Source: Mytilus californianus
Lineage: Eukaryota
DNA: 64,000 nucleotides
Direction: 5' to 3'
NCBI RefSeq assembly: GCF_021869535.1
Contig: NW_026262723.1
Coordinates: forward strand, 58,590,001-58,654,000
In this document: one piece after another, positions 49,582-61,300 of the stretch
Numbering within the stretch: position 1 is the stretch's first letter
Layout of the letters: the number at the start of each line of letters is the position of its first letter
Program-made: the position numbers and the translations under genes
The notes under the pieces: model-generated
Databases searched by the model: none
What the model saw: only the letters and a program-made list of their open reading frames with translations
What the model was told of the DNA's origin: nothing

Positions 49582-52500
49582 ATGGATGAAAGCCTGAATG
49601 AACCAGAGTATATTGTACGCCTTGCTGAGGAGTTGATAACAGTTATTGATAATGAAAAGATTGAAAATACTTTACTTGACAATATTGTTAAAGAATGGCA
49701 GAAAATATTAGAAATAAGAGAAATACAAAAGACACAGACAAAAAATATAATTCAAGGTAACAATGTAACTGTTTTGGGCCTGAAATAAGCCTACTTTTCC
49801 AAAAATATTTTAATCTTTATTAAAATATAACATGTGATTTTATTGCATAGAAATTTATAAAATCTTTCCAATTCCATATCATATAGTCTGTTATGCTTCA
49901 CAGTTTGAGAGCAGATATCAGAAATAGTGGTATTTTAATGATGATAATACATATGTTTTTATCACAATTTCAAATTTGAAAACTTTAGAAAGTGTTGTAT
50001 TAATGTTCAAAATAAGACAAAGCGTAAAACTGGGTATGTCAGAGTATGGTTTTACTGGAAAGATTTTTATATCCCTGATCCAAAAGGGGTGGATCAGGGT
50101 TAACTGGTTTACCTCTCATAGTCTGCCTTCTTTCAGTAAAACATTTCTGTTGCTTTTCCGAGGTGACATGTAATCTGACTTTTATCTTGTGAGTTATCAC
50201 ATTTAACCTCTAACCCAGCTTCTGCCTAGTACAAAATTTGGTATACACTGTATTTATATGACTTGAGCATGTTATCATCCCTGGCCTATATGCATTGAAT
50301 ATTTGCCAGTGAATGTTATATATGCAAACTTTAATCTTTTTCGAATTAATTTAATTTTTAACAAATTTAGAATTTTTAGAAAAATTAAAGATATAATCTA
50401 TGATGATACATATGATGTTGAACTATAGTTTAACCAAAAAAACTTTGTTACTTTAGAAGTTATGCAAATGGAGTCTGCCGAAGAAGCCAACTACCAGAAA
50501 AGCCAAACAGCATGCCTCCATCTGAATGAAGAAGGCCAGGGTTTGGAGCAATTAGTTTCTAAACAGAAAGAAGGACTGGCTAATGTTGTATCAACATGTG
50601 AAAGATTGCAACAAAATTTGGAAGCTTGCCAACAAGAATCACAAAAGTTGGAAATAGAAAGACAGGAAGTTGAAAAACAGAAGAAAATATCAATACCTAA
50701 AACAAGGTACTTTAGACCATAGAAATAATATTCATGATTTACTTGTTCACTGCTCAGTTCTAGTTCTGAGAATATTTACTGTAGAATTAATGGTCAATAT
50801 CAAAACACTGACTTGGGAAAAATTTTGTTTATTCAAGAATTGTGCATGTATGGATCATTGACAACTCCTAAAATTATAATTTATTAGAAAAACAAAGAGT
50901 GTCAAAATATGTGTTTCGCACTTTATGATTAGAACCTTTGATGCTGTTCAATAGTCATAAGAAGAATTTCTGATGGTGCAGGTAAGGACTTACAAAACAT
51001 GAATGTGAGCCTTGCACAAACTCTTTCACAAAGCATGAAGTTGTGCACTTGCTATTTTGATTTTTTATCTGTGTGATTTTTGGGGTTTCCCAGAACAAAA
51101 CATGATCTTTATAAATCTGCTTTATTGGATACAACAAGCGACACACATCTTTCTAGGAAGCCTCACACATTATTCACTGTTTAACTTGATACATTAAACA
51201 TTTCATTCATTTAATGACAGTGTATTTGTACAACCTATCATTTGCTAACTTTATCGGGTTGGGGAAGATCTTCATATTAAATTGGTATTATACCCCAAAG
51301 CAGGTATCAATTTTCAGTGATGAAAAATCTAACTTTGGATTTTTTAGGATATAAGCGGTCATGGCATAAACATTCATGTAAAAGCCAACATTTTGCAAAA
51401 AGACACTATGACTAAAATATCATTAGGATAAAAGTTTAAGGCCTTCACACAATCAAATTTTTGGTGGGAATTAACTTTAATTCAGTTCTCATTTGAACTA
51501 TGGTCTCAAAGGGGAATTCTGAAAATGTTGCCATTAACATGAACATGTTGGCACTTATGATGAAATACTACATTCATTTTTTTTTCACTGAAAATTGATA
51601 CTTGATTTTGGGTATAATGCCAATTTATGAGGATCTGTCCCAACCTTTTCAGGGGTTCATTGTAGTGTGGGTCCGAGGTCTGGGACATGTCTTTTCTAGG
51701 AGAAGATTTTTCATTTTAAAATTACAAAAGTCAAGGACCTACCATTCTTTACAGTGATGCTTGATACACGATCATTGATTTCTTATGGAGAACCCTTCAC
51801 TTAAAATTTCAAACTGTCCTGGACCTTTCATTATTTAAAGCAAATTTGAATCCCTGCTTTTTATAATGCTGTATGTTGTTACTTGAAAAATGTGTGCCTA
51901 TATTACAAAGGTGGTATCTCAAATGAACATTGCAAAATATAAAAATTAATACATAATATTTCTATATCATAATATACTTTATCTTTTCAGACATGACATC
52001 ACACTGTACAAGTTAATTACTAACTTACACTGGCAGTTGGACACACCACAAAATGAACTTACAGGCTGTATCCTTTTTTTATATATATATTTTACATTTT
52101 ACATTCCATGTTCTTTTCTGAATTAACTCCTGTACTTGCTAAAAAAAAGTAAAAACTGCCAAGGCCACACTTGAAAATATTTTGGTTTGCCCAAACCCTA
52201 CCCAAAGGTAGAGACAGTGGGTAGGTAGGTAGGCATTTTCTTTTCTTTTTTCGGCAAAGAGAAATTGAAGTGTCAGATGTTTTTTAGTCTTCATGCATAT
52301 CTGATTAAAAAAACTTTTTCACATCAGGACAATAAAAGATTTTGAGTAGGCAGCTATTTTCTGGGTAGGTAGGGTTAGGGCAAACAAACATATTCTTTTT
52401 TATGGCCCAAAGTTAAACTGTCTTTTAAAAACCAGGTCTTTCACAAACCATCTTATTGAACAAACATGATATTCAGTTTCATGTTTGGAAGAAGTAGACT

Positions 52501-53383
52501 TTATAAATTTCTCTATTTTAGGTTGGTGTTTGTTTAGAAATGGTCGGAAATGTTGGTAATAATATGTGGTACTATAGACTGGAAATCTTGTAATAAACAG
52601 TGCTCTAGAACTCTCGTCACCAAGGAAAAGTAAATTTTGTTCAAAGAAAAGTTAAATTGGAGTTATTTCTCCATGGCCAAGTTGAAAAAAAGAGATACAG
52701 GCATTTTTGAAAGGGAAAAGAAATTTATTTATGGGAAAGTCAGTTTTTGGTTTGTTTAGTATTGTCCATTGAAAGTTGGCTCATCAGAAATCCTAGAGCT
52801 ATGAATCAAGTAACAAATTTAATCTCAAGGTTTAGTAAAAAAGTGGTTACTTAATAGTTCCCTGTTTATGAAAATTCCTTTCATTATAAATTTATAAATG
52901 TTAGAACAACAGAAAGAGAAAGTTATTAAAATTTTATTTGTTTTGATGTGTTAATATGTGGGACAACAAATATTTTTTTCGATTTCTCATCATTATGAAG
53001 GGGTGGAGGATTTAATTCTTTTCGTTAATTTTCAATTATAACTTTGGTAAGAGTTTGAAAGACATCTTGAGAAATGTAAATTATGAAACTGAATATGAGA
53101 GTCCAAGGTTGGATGTGAAAGAAAATCTTATCATTAATTTACAGATTTTTTATTCGTTCATCACGTTCATTGGAATAACCAGTACAAAAATTAACACACT
53201 GAGATTTTCTTCAACTCTTTTATTATTATACATGTTATATTGATTCTTATTTATGTTTTCTTAACTTTGAAATCAGATGTTTGTGGAAATACTGAAGTTA
53301 AACCTTTCTCCATCAACAAAGAACAAATGTCAAAATATGACATAGTAAACTCATTATGGGACATGATAGAGGAAGACTGGTGA
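49582..53383 (+). CDS. SPC24: Kinetochore protein SPC24 (NDC80 complex), about 202 aa
   Basis: Coding exons 49582-49756 (ATG; acceptor at 49561), 50457-50706, 51991-52067, 53277-53383 (TGA); 609 nt in phase. An N-terminal coiled coil is followed by a C-terminal region (HDITLYKLITNLHWQLD...ELTGYVCG...VKPFSIN...SKYDIVNSLWDMIEEDW*) that matches the pattern of the Spc24 globular domain (LY..I..I.W and LW..ID..W end). Confidence 0.82.
52068..53276 (+). other. U12-type (minor spliceosome) GT-AG intron of SPC24
   Basis: Donor GTATCCTTT at 52068-52076 is the U12 consensus. Branch-like TTTTCTTAAC at 53256-53265 lies 11 nt before the AG at 53275-53276, with no polypyrimidine tract. Splicing here keeps the reading frame. 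Confidence 0.85.
52163..52407. mobile_element. MITE with GGCC-ended TIRs and 3-bp TSD (CAA), inside the U12 intron
   Basis: GGCCACA...TTTGCCCAAACCCTACCCA and TGGGTAGGTAGGGTTAGGGCAAACAAA...ATGGCC form imperfect TIRs; CAA flanks at 52160-52162 and 52408-52410. Confidence 0.7.
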
Positions 53384-54389
53384 CTAGATTTTAATATGCT
53401 ATAACAAAACTTTGTTCAGGTTTCATTATAAAAGTTATACAAAACGCTGACATGGAGAAAATAATTAAAAAACTGACATGTTATGTGTGGTCAATTTTAT
53501 TAACTTTATTTGTTAAAGAAATGCACATTTACAAATGTACAATTAGCAATGTAACGCATGGATAATCTTTTTTATAATGTATTACAGCAGTGAAACTTGT
53601 TTGAAGATGTCTATTTTTATACACAATGAAGTGAAACTTTGAACTAAACCCTCTCAGTCTGTATAGAATTTTTTATATGTTAAGTTTGCATAAATATTAG
53701 TTATAGATTGTGACATGTAATCATGTCTGTATTTATTAGTTTTTAATGTAGTTAATTTTGAACATTTTCAGAGTGTGCTTTGTCATACTAAATCCTGCTG
53801 TATGCTTTGTTTGATGTATGTATATGAAAAGATTACATTGTAGTGTCATGGCATGCAGGTTGACATGTGGTTAACCAAATGCTTTTTAACTGGGGTTTTC
53901 TAGGTTATAAAAATGGTGAAGTGAAGCGACTGCCAAATTTTTCTGTCCATTAATTTCTGAACTGTTCAACCCATGCTTTTTTAACTTTTTAATATATTGC
54001 TACTGATGACAAAATGAGGTCAAGTTCGTTCGATATTGATTATATTCACTTTTACTGTTCAGGAGTTTTGGCCCTTCAAAGATTAGATATTGTGGCTTTA
54101 TTTTCTTCCTGTACAACAAATTATGAACTGTTCAACAAATGCTTTTTAAATTTTAACATATTGTTACTGATGACAAAGTGAAGGTCAAATTTCAAAATCA
54201 ATGATTTTCACTTTTGCTGTTCAGGAGTTTCTATGATCCTTGATAGATTGGAAACTAGGCAAAAAATGTGGCAGGTCAAAGAAGTCTGAAAGAGTCATAC
54301 ATTAGAATACATCAAATGTATTCGTTCTAGCTGACCTCTTAAGTCAACAATGGTTTGTTTCAAAATACAGAAAAGCTTGTTTTTCTAAT

Positions 54390-54527
54390 TCCAAATTATG
54401 GCACTAAAACTCAGAAATTGAATTTTTGACCCTGTCCAAATTATGGCACTTTAAACTCTGAAATTGAATTTTTGACCCTGTCCAAATTATGGCACTTTAA
54501 ACTCTGAAATTGAATTTTTGACCCTGA
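54390..54527. repeat. Minisatellite, about 46 bp x3
   Basis: TCCAAATTATGGCACT..AAACTC.GAAATTGAATTTTTGACCCTG at 54390, 54435 and 54481. Confidence 0.9.
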
Positions 54528-55306
54528 CCATGTTAATATGCTCATTATGGCATAATGCTTTGTTCTATATATAACTTCATTAAACTCTTCGACAGAGATT
54601 CGAGAAACGGTAATGTTTGAATATTCATTTTACACTGCTAATCAAAAGAAAATAACATGAACATGTTTAGAGTAAATATAAAAGTACTTTAATAAATTAG
54701 TTTATTATCTATTCACAGATAAGTATAATCATCATATTTTATATACATAATCATTACATTTGTTTAAGTATACAGTAACAAATATTTTACAGCACTAGTG
54801 GACGGAAGCAATAATAATATACAAAGACTTTGTCACACATAAAAGATTGTTTAGATCATATTTATAACAATAGAGATTATCCCAAAATACCATTCATTTA
54901 AACTTATATTTAACATATAAAGTTTTGAATACTACAATTGGCAAAACTTACCAGAAAGTTTAAGAATATATATAAATGATATCTAAATGCTTATAAAAGA
55001 TAACACCTACTGCATGTACTGCAAATTCATTTCACATTTGCATATTTTTGCTATGGCATTTTTAATTCCAACTTTTAAGCAATATTAAAGACACTGCTTA
55101 ATAAGTGAATATAGACTTTTGTTTGTGAGATGTCATTTAAAATTGTGATTCCTTGAATGCAAACCATTTTGTTGAAACTTTCTACTCCTCTGTCTCAGTT
55201 ATCCTCAGAAATATAAAACAGCCACATTATTCATTTATTTTTAAGCAACTACTTCAATGGTCACTCTACAGTTCAAAGTCAAACAATACTCTTTGCTAAT
55301 TCACTA

Positions 55307-58300
55307 TCATACTTGCACTTCCCAGATAAATATTTCGGAATGTGACACAGTCAATAAATATTTACTGTCTGGTGAGAATTTAACAAAGTTTATTGAATCA
55401 CTGTGACCTACAAAATCCTGAAAACTGCCTTCATAGTAATCTAACAACTTCATCACTCGTTCTGAAATAGACGGTTTATGTATTAAAACATTATTTTGTA
55501 AAAATGTAGTAAAGTCTTATTAACATTAATATGTATATGTAAATAAATATATCATCTGAAAAATAACTTGTTTTTTATGCTTATGAATTATTTCACTTGA
55601 CATGTGTTTTTTTTTTTGTTGTTGTTGCTTTTAGTAGGAATTATTTCATGTATTCTTACGCTGATAATTTTAGCAGCATTTATCACTGATGAGTCATCAT
55701 GTGTTTTGTACAGGACCTATTTGTAACACTTAATTAGTCACCCATGTTTAAAATATAGGTTTGCAGATGGAAGGGTAGCTTAATTCTGATGTACCTTTCT
55801 TTGAGGATTCTAGTGGATAAATCACAAATCTCACTGATTTATTGTGAAAGACTTCTTAGAAATGGACTTTTAAAAGCAAAACACAAAAAGTTTAAAATGT
55901 ATGTCACAGGAACAGAAACATTCTTTATTGTATAATGGAAATGTGATATTGAAATGGCACTGATAAATCATTATGGGTTTCTTGAAATTGACCCAGAGAC
56001 AAAACTTAACCAGACCAGTACCACACATATAAGTGTAAATGTATATGCCAAAGTCACATTTGTAGTGAGGATTAAAAATGAAAAGTAAATTGGCAAACCT
56101 TATATATATTTTTAGAAACACCCCTGGCCTTACTACTACAAAAAGAAATTGTCATTTGTAAGGCAAGTCTTATTTGAGACACAAACTATTTACCTGTTAA
56201 ATTTGGTCAAATTCTGTACAGTACTGAATGGACAAACACTGTTTATTCTAAAGCTTACACAACAAGACAGCAACAATGACTAATATAGCTGTGTGTAGAA
56301 TATGGCAACAAACACATTTGTCTAAATCAATGTACTTACCATTTGCCCCAAGAGATACAAGTGCTGTAGACTGGGCCAAGTCCATACACATGGGCCAGTG
56401 TGTCAGAGCCTGTGTCCTTAACACCTGTAAAAAAGCATTAAGTAACAGTGAACTGCAATGTTATTTTCAAAAGAAAATGTATGTCCTAGTATTTATCATT
56501 TTATTTAAGATGAAATCTTCTGCGTTGTATCAGCAGCAGTTTGTTTCACAGATGACAATTGATATGCTCCAAACATTTTAACCACAATCCCATCCTCTTT
56601 TCCTTGAATGTGACCTTCTGAATTAGACTTTTCACTGGTTGTGTACTGACATGAGCAACAGGATGGGGGTGGGACTGTCCCTAATGTGAAACAAGATCTG
56701 CTTACCCTTCCAGAGCACCTGAAATCCGACCGGTTATTGGTGGGGTTTGTGTTGGTTAGTCTTTAGTTTTCCATGTTTTGTGTACTGTTTTTTGTTGTTT
56801 TCGTTTAGTGCCATGGCATTGTCAGTTTGTTTTCGACTTATGAGTTTGAATATCCCTTTGCTATGTATGAATTTTCAATATGGTATTTCTGGTGTGTTGC
56901 TTATTTCTGAACAGTGACAACCATTGCATAATGTTTTCCTGGCTTCTTGTTTAATGTATTCTTTTATCAAATCTTCAATTTGCTTGAGTTTTTCTCAAGA
57001 TGTTTTTCCTGTAACCTTGTGTAGTGTATTCATGGTCTCATTTACCTTTATAAGACATTTCAACACCTGGAATAAAATATGAATAAAAATATCTTTGTTA
57101 TTCCTTGCATTTATAAGTGCTAAAAAAAAGCATCAAGGAATTATCCAAATTATCCTGATTGTAGTATTTTAGGCATACTTGAGTAAATCATTGAATGCAT
57201 ATCAACATAAGAAGAAGAAATGCCTGTGTATCATCATTTACCTTTCGCTCAGATAAGCTATAAAATTGTATACATTTCTCCATACCATAACCAACATAAA
57301 CAATGATGTCAGATTCTTCTGGAGAAAACTTAGCTATGCTAGGTGGTAGTTGGCTGTATAGTCCCTAAAATAACACAGAAAATTATTATATACCAGAAAT
57401 GCTAGAATGATAAGAAATGTAAATTTTGAATTTTTTGCTATTGTTTTTTTTTTTTACTTCATAAAATCCTATGTTAAGCTATGCATATTAGGAGGATTTG
57501 TTTCAATCTGTTCAGTTATCTAATACAAGAAAAGGAATAGACCATCTAAGGATAGTTCAAATAATATCTCGGTTCAATTTGCTAGATTTTAATCAGAGAA
57601 AAAACAAATTTTTACCCTTTGTCTTTTTATGATGAAGGTTAATACACCTGTTGCTTAGCATAGTTTCACAAATTTTGGAAATTGGCCCTTACAAGTGAGC
57701 CAGCCCAGTTAGTTTTTTCAAGCTTAGGCCTCTGATGTCACCAAAAAATAGTTGAGAAATTTCATTAAAAAAGACCTATAATATAGTAATTTCATAATAA
57801 GCCTATGTGAATATCTAATCAAGAGAAGTGTAAGTCTTCAAGATAAAAATGCTGGAAGGGGAATCATTTTGAACAATGTCCCGGCTGAACCAGTAACAAT
57901 TGGTTAGATCAATTAGGTAATGAAAATGTACCCTCTTGATTTAAAGTATAGTGGTCATATCTCTCATATTCTATAAATAACCTTCTATCTACTTGTCCAC
58001 TACTAAATTTTCTGATACTTAAGATTCCTTCTTTATACTTTATTTGTACTTATGTTAAGTTTCAATTTCTAAAATAAACTGAATAAACTTTCAGTAAGAA
58101 ATAATACCTTCTGGTCTTGTTTGGCTATAACAGTGCCATCTGGAGTAAAAGCTGGTGCTGGAAATGTTAACCAATCAACAAGCTCACAAAAATCTTTAGA
58201 CCAATCAGCAGACCAAACACTAACACGCCTGTCAGCACTGGTAGCCAACCAAAGCTGTGGGGCAGAGACTGAAAGTTCTTGTTCTTGACAGATAGTCACA

Positions 58301-61300
58301 TCAATGTTTGTAATTGGTGCTCCTTTGTGGTCAGATATCACTCTGACGGTCATTCCAGTAGTAGGACTACTAATGGCAATAAGTCCATCACTTCCTCCTG
58401 TTATTACCATTCTCCCTGGAAAAATAAATGCATGTTTGTCTGGATGTAAAAGAGGTGGAAGATACCAAAGGGACTATTCAAAACTCATCACACCATGCCA
58501 AAATTTTTTAAAAAACCACACCATGCCAAAATTTTTTAAAAAACAACGAAAAGATAAATGGTAAAATAAGAGTAAACAGGTCATAATTGACATGATTATT
58601 TTAAAAGTTTCAGATTTTATTGTAAACCAAAAAGTCATGAATTCATCAAACTTATGAAACATTTGATTAAACCTTTGGCAAATTTAAAAAAAAAATATGG
58701 TATTTTTTTTAACAACATTTTATTAGTCAAAATTTATATTTGCCTTTTTTTTCGATTTTATATATTTTGTTTGTCATGTGTAACTATGGCCATTATAATC
58801 ATGTTTTTCACAATTTATATGATTTTTTAGCGTAATATCGCCCAAAATTTTGTGGTACATAATCTGTTTTATGGGAAAAAAAGCTCCCGATTTCAAAATC
58901 CTGGATCCACCCCTGATGTGTCTCTTTTAAATGCAAAATTTGTTAATAGGAAATTCACTCTCTTCCCAGAATCAATATATACTTGATTATTAAACTCAGG
59001 AAGGGAGGGATGTCCAACTCTTCAGGTCCAATTTCTATTCCCCAAGTATTTTATGTGTGACCCATAACCAAATCATCTCTAATGTTTTTGAATGATTGAT
59101 TGATAATTTGGTGTTTAACTCAACTTTCACCACCATTGGCATTTTCATGGTTGCCATTTTTTTATTGATGGAGGAAGCCTAGAGAACCTCTAATCTTTGA
59201 CTGAAAATTTGGCAATCCTAGTCAATTAAGATTGGAGTCGACAGCACCTGCCATGTTTGGTGTTAGAACTTCCAACCTCAGTGTTGACTGGCTAGTGATA
59301 CAGCAAATTAACTACTATTAAAGACCACTTGGCCACTGGGCCCCTTATTTTTTTGATGAAATAAGACATTAAACCTACCATCTGAAGAGAAATTAATAGC
59401 AGTGACTGCTACAGCATGTGGATGCATCTTCAATATCATTTCTGCTTTGTTTATGTCAAATACTCGTACTGTACCATCGCTATAGCCAGCTGCTATCAGA
59501 GGCATGAACTTAGCATCAATTTTCTGGTGGGCTGTGACTGGGGCAGAGTCTGTGTTACTAACAGTTGTCCTAACAATGCCGTCTGGTTTTACGGGAGAGA
59601 AGGCGATACAAGTACATGCCTGAAAATTCGAAAGAATCCTTATGCAGTAAATCATTTGTAGCTTATTCTTTTCATGAAATAATGTTGCTGACCTTTCTCA
59701 TTTTTTAACTGTAAGGCAAATAGCACAATATTATTTTTTTTCTCGACAATAACAAAAAAAACAGCAAAACAGGTACAATTTTTCAAAGCAGAAACAAAAT
59801 GTGAATAAGAGTTGCTCCTTGTTATGCATTGTATTTCATTACGGCACTGATACTGAACAGTGGTTCTGAAAACTGCTCCTGATAGTGTAAATGTATGATT
59901 GATTGATTTATTGTTGGTGATTAACACCACTTTAAGCACACTTGGCTATTTCTTGGTGACCAGTTGTTTTCATTGGAGGAAGCCTGAGTATCAGGAAAGA
60001 ACCGTGACCTTCGGAAGAAAAACTAGCATTCTAAGTCATTTAACACACCTTGCAGAAGCAGGGTTTGAACTCACATCAGTGTTAACAGGCTAGTGATTAG
60101 CCTTTAAGTGTATGACCGCTAAGCATTTAATGACGTTAAACTTCTTCTATAATTCTTGGAACACTGAACTATTAGGCCTATTAATCATTCAGTTATATAC
60201 TGAACTAATTACCTGGTCTAAAACTTGGAATTGTAAAGTCTGTTCTCTGGTATCTATAGACCACACTCTTACACTCCCATCATCAGCACAAGATGCAAAA
60301 TTTTCACTGTTACATAAGGATAAATTGTTCACCTGAAAAATACATAGCATGTCTTACAATGCCAATACCACTGCTACATAAACTGATCATATGAGAAATG
60401 TATAGTATTACAAAAACTGGCATAGGAGTTTAGGTAGTATCTAGTATTCAAAAATAAACTTTAAACACCTGGAATAGTATGACTAGTCACTCAATTTCTG
60501 ACATTTATACAGATGATATTCTTCAGTTAATTGATATAGAATATTTCATTGTACAGAAAATAAAAAAAACCCAACTGCACCAAGAGTGCAATATACGCTG
60601 TTTTGTGCATATTGCAATTGTTGAGAGAAGAAAATAGAAAATTTAGAAGGCATCTAATCAAAAGTTAGTAAAATGGCTCTATTGAAAAACTTGCATGAGG
60701 ATATTCTTAGGTGTATATATGTTGCCTTAAATAAGAGATTGGTATCGCACTTGACTGCTTAAACTTAATGATAACTTACTTAGAAGCATGGCTTTATTAC
60801 CTACTATGATCTACTATCTTTTCCTTGAATCTGTCAGATATATTTGAATAGTCAAACATACATTTTTACTTCATTAATTGGAAATTACTTATACTTCTAT
60901 TTACCTTTGCCATGTGACTAGAAACCAGTCGTATACTGGTTCTTTCTGGCCAGTTTATATACCACAATGTACCACTGCTGGTTCCAACTATCCCCTGAAA
61001 TAAAATAATATATCTGAATCATATGGTCATACTACCGATAGGAAGATTTTTTTTTGTATTTTAGTTGCAAATGATATCAGTGAAATAAATGATTATGAAA
61101 TGAACTATATGTCTGAGCATAAAATAACATGACAAGGTAAATGGTTTAGTATTGGCTGCCCCCTATAAATTTGCCAATCTATATTACCAGAAAGACTTAC
61201 AGAAAGACAGAATCCTGAATAAAACACTATAATTTCTTTTTTTGGTAAAATAATGCTTTTAGTGATCAGTTAAAAATATAAAATGTTGGCAATACTACAA

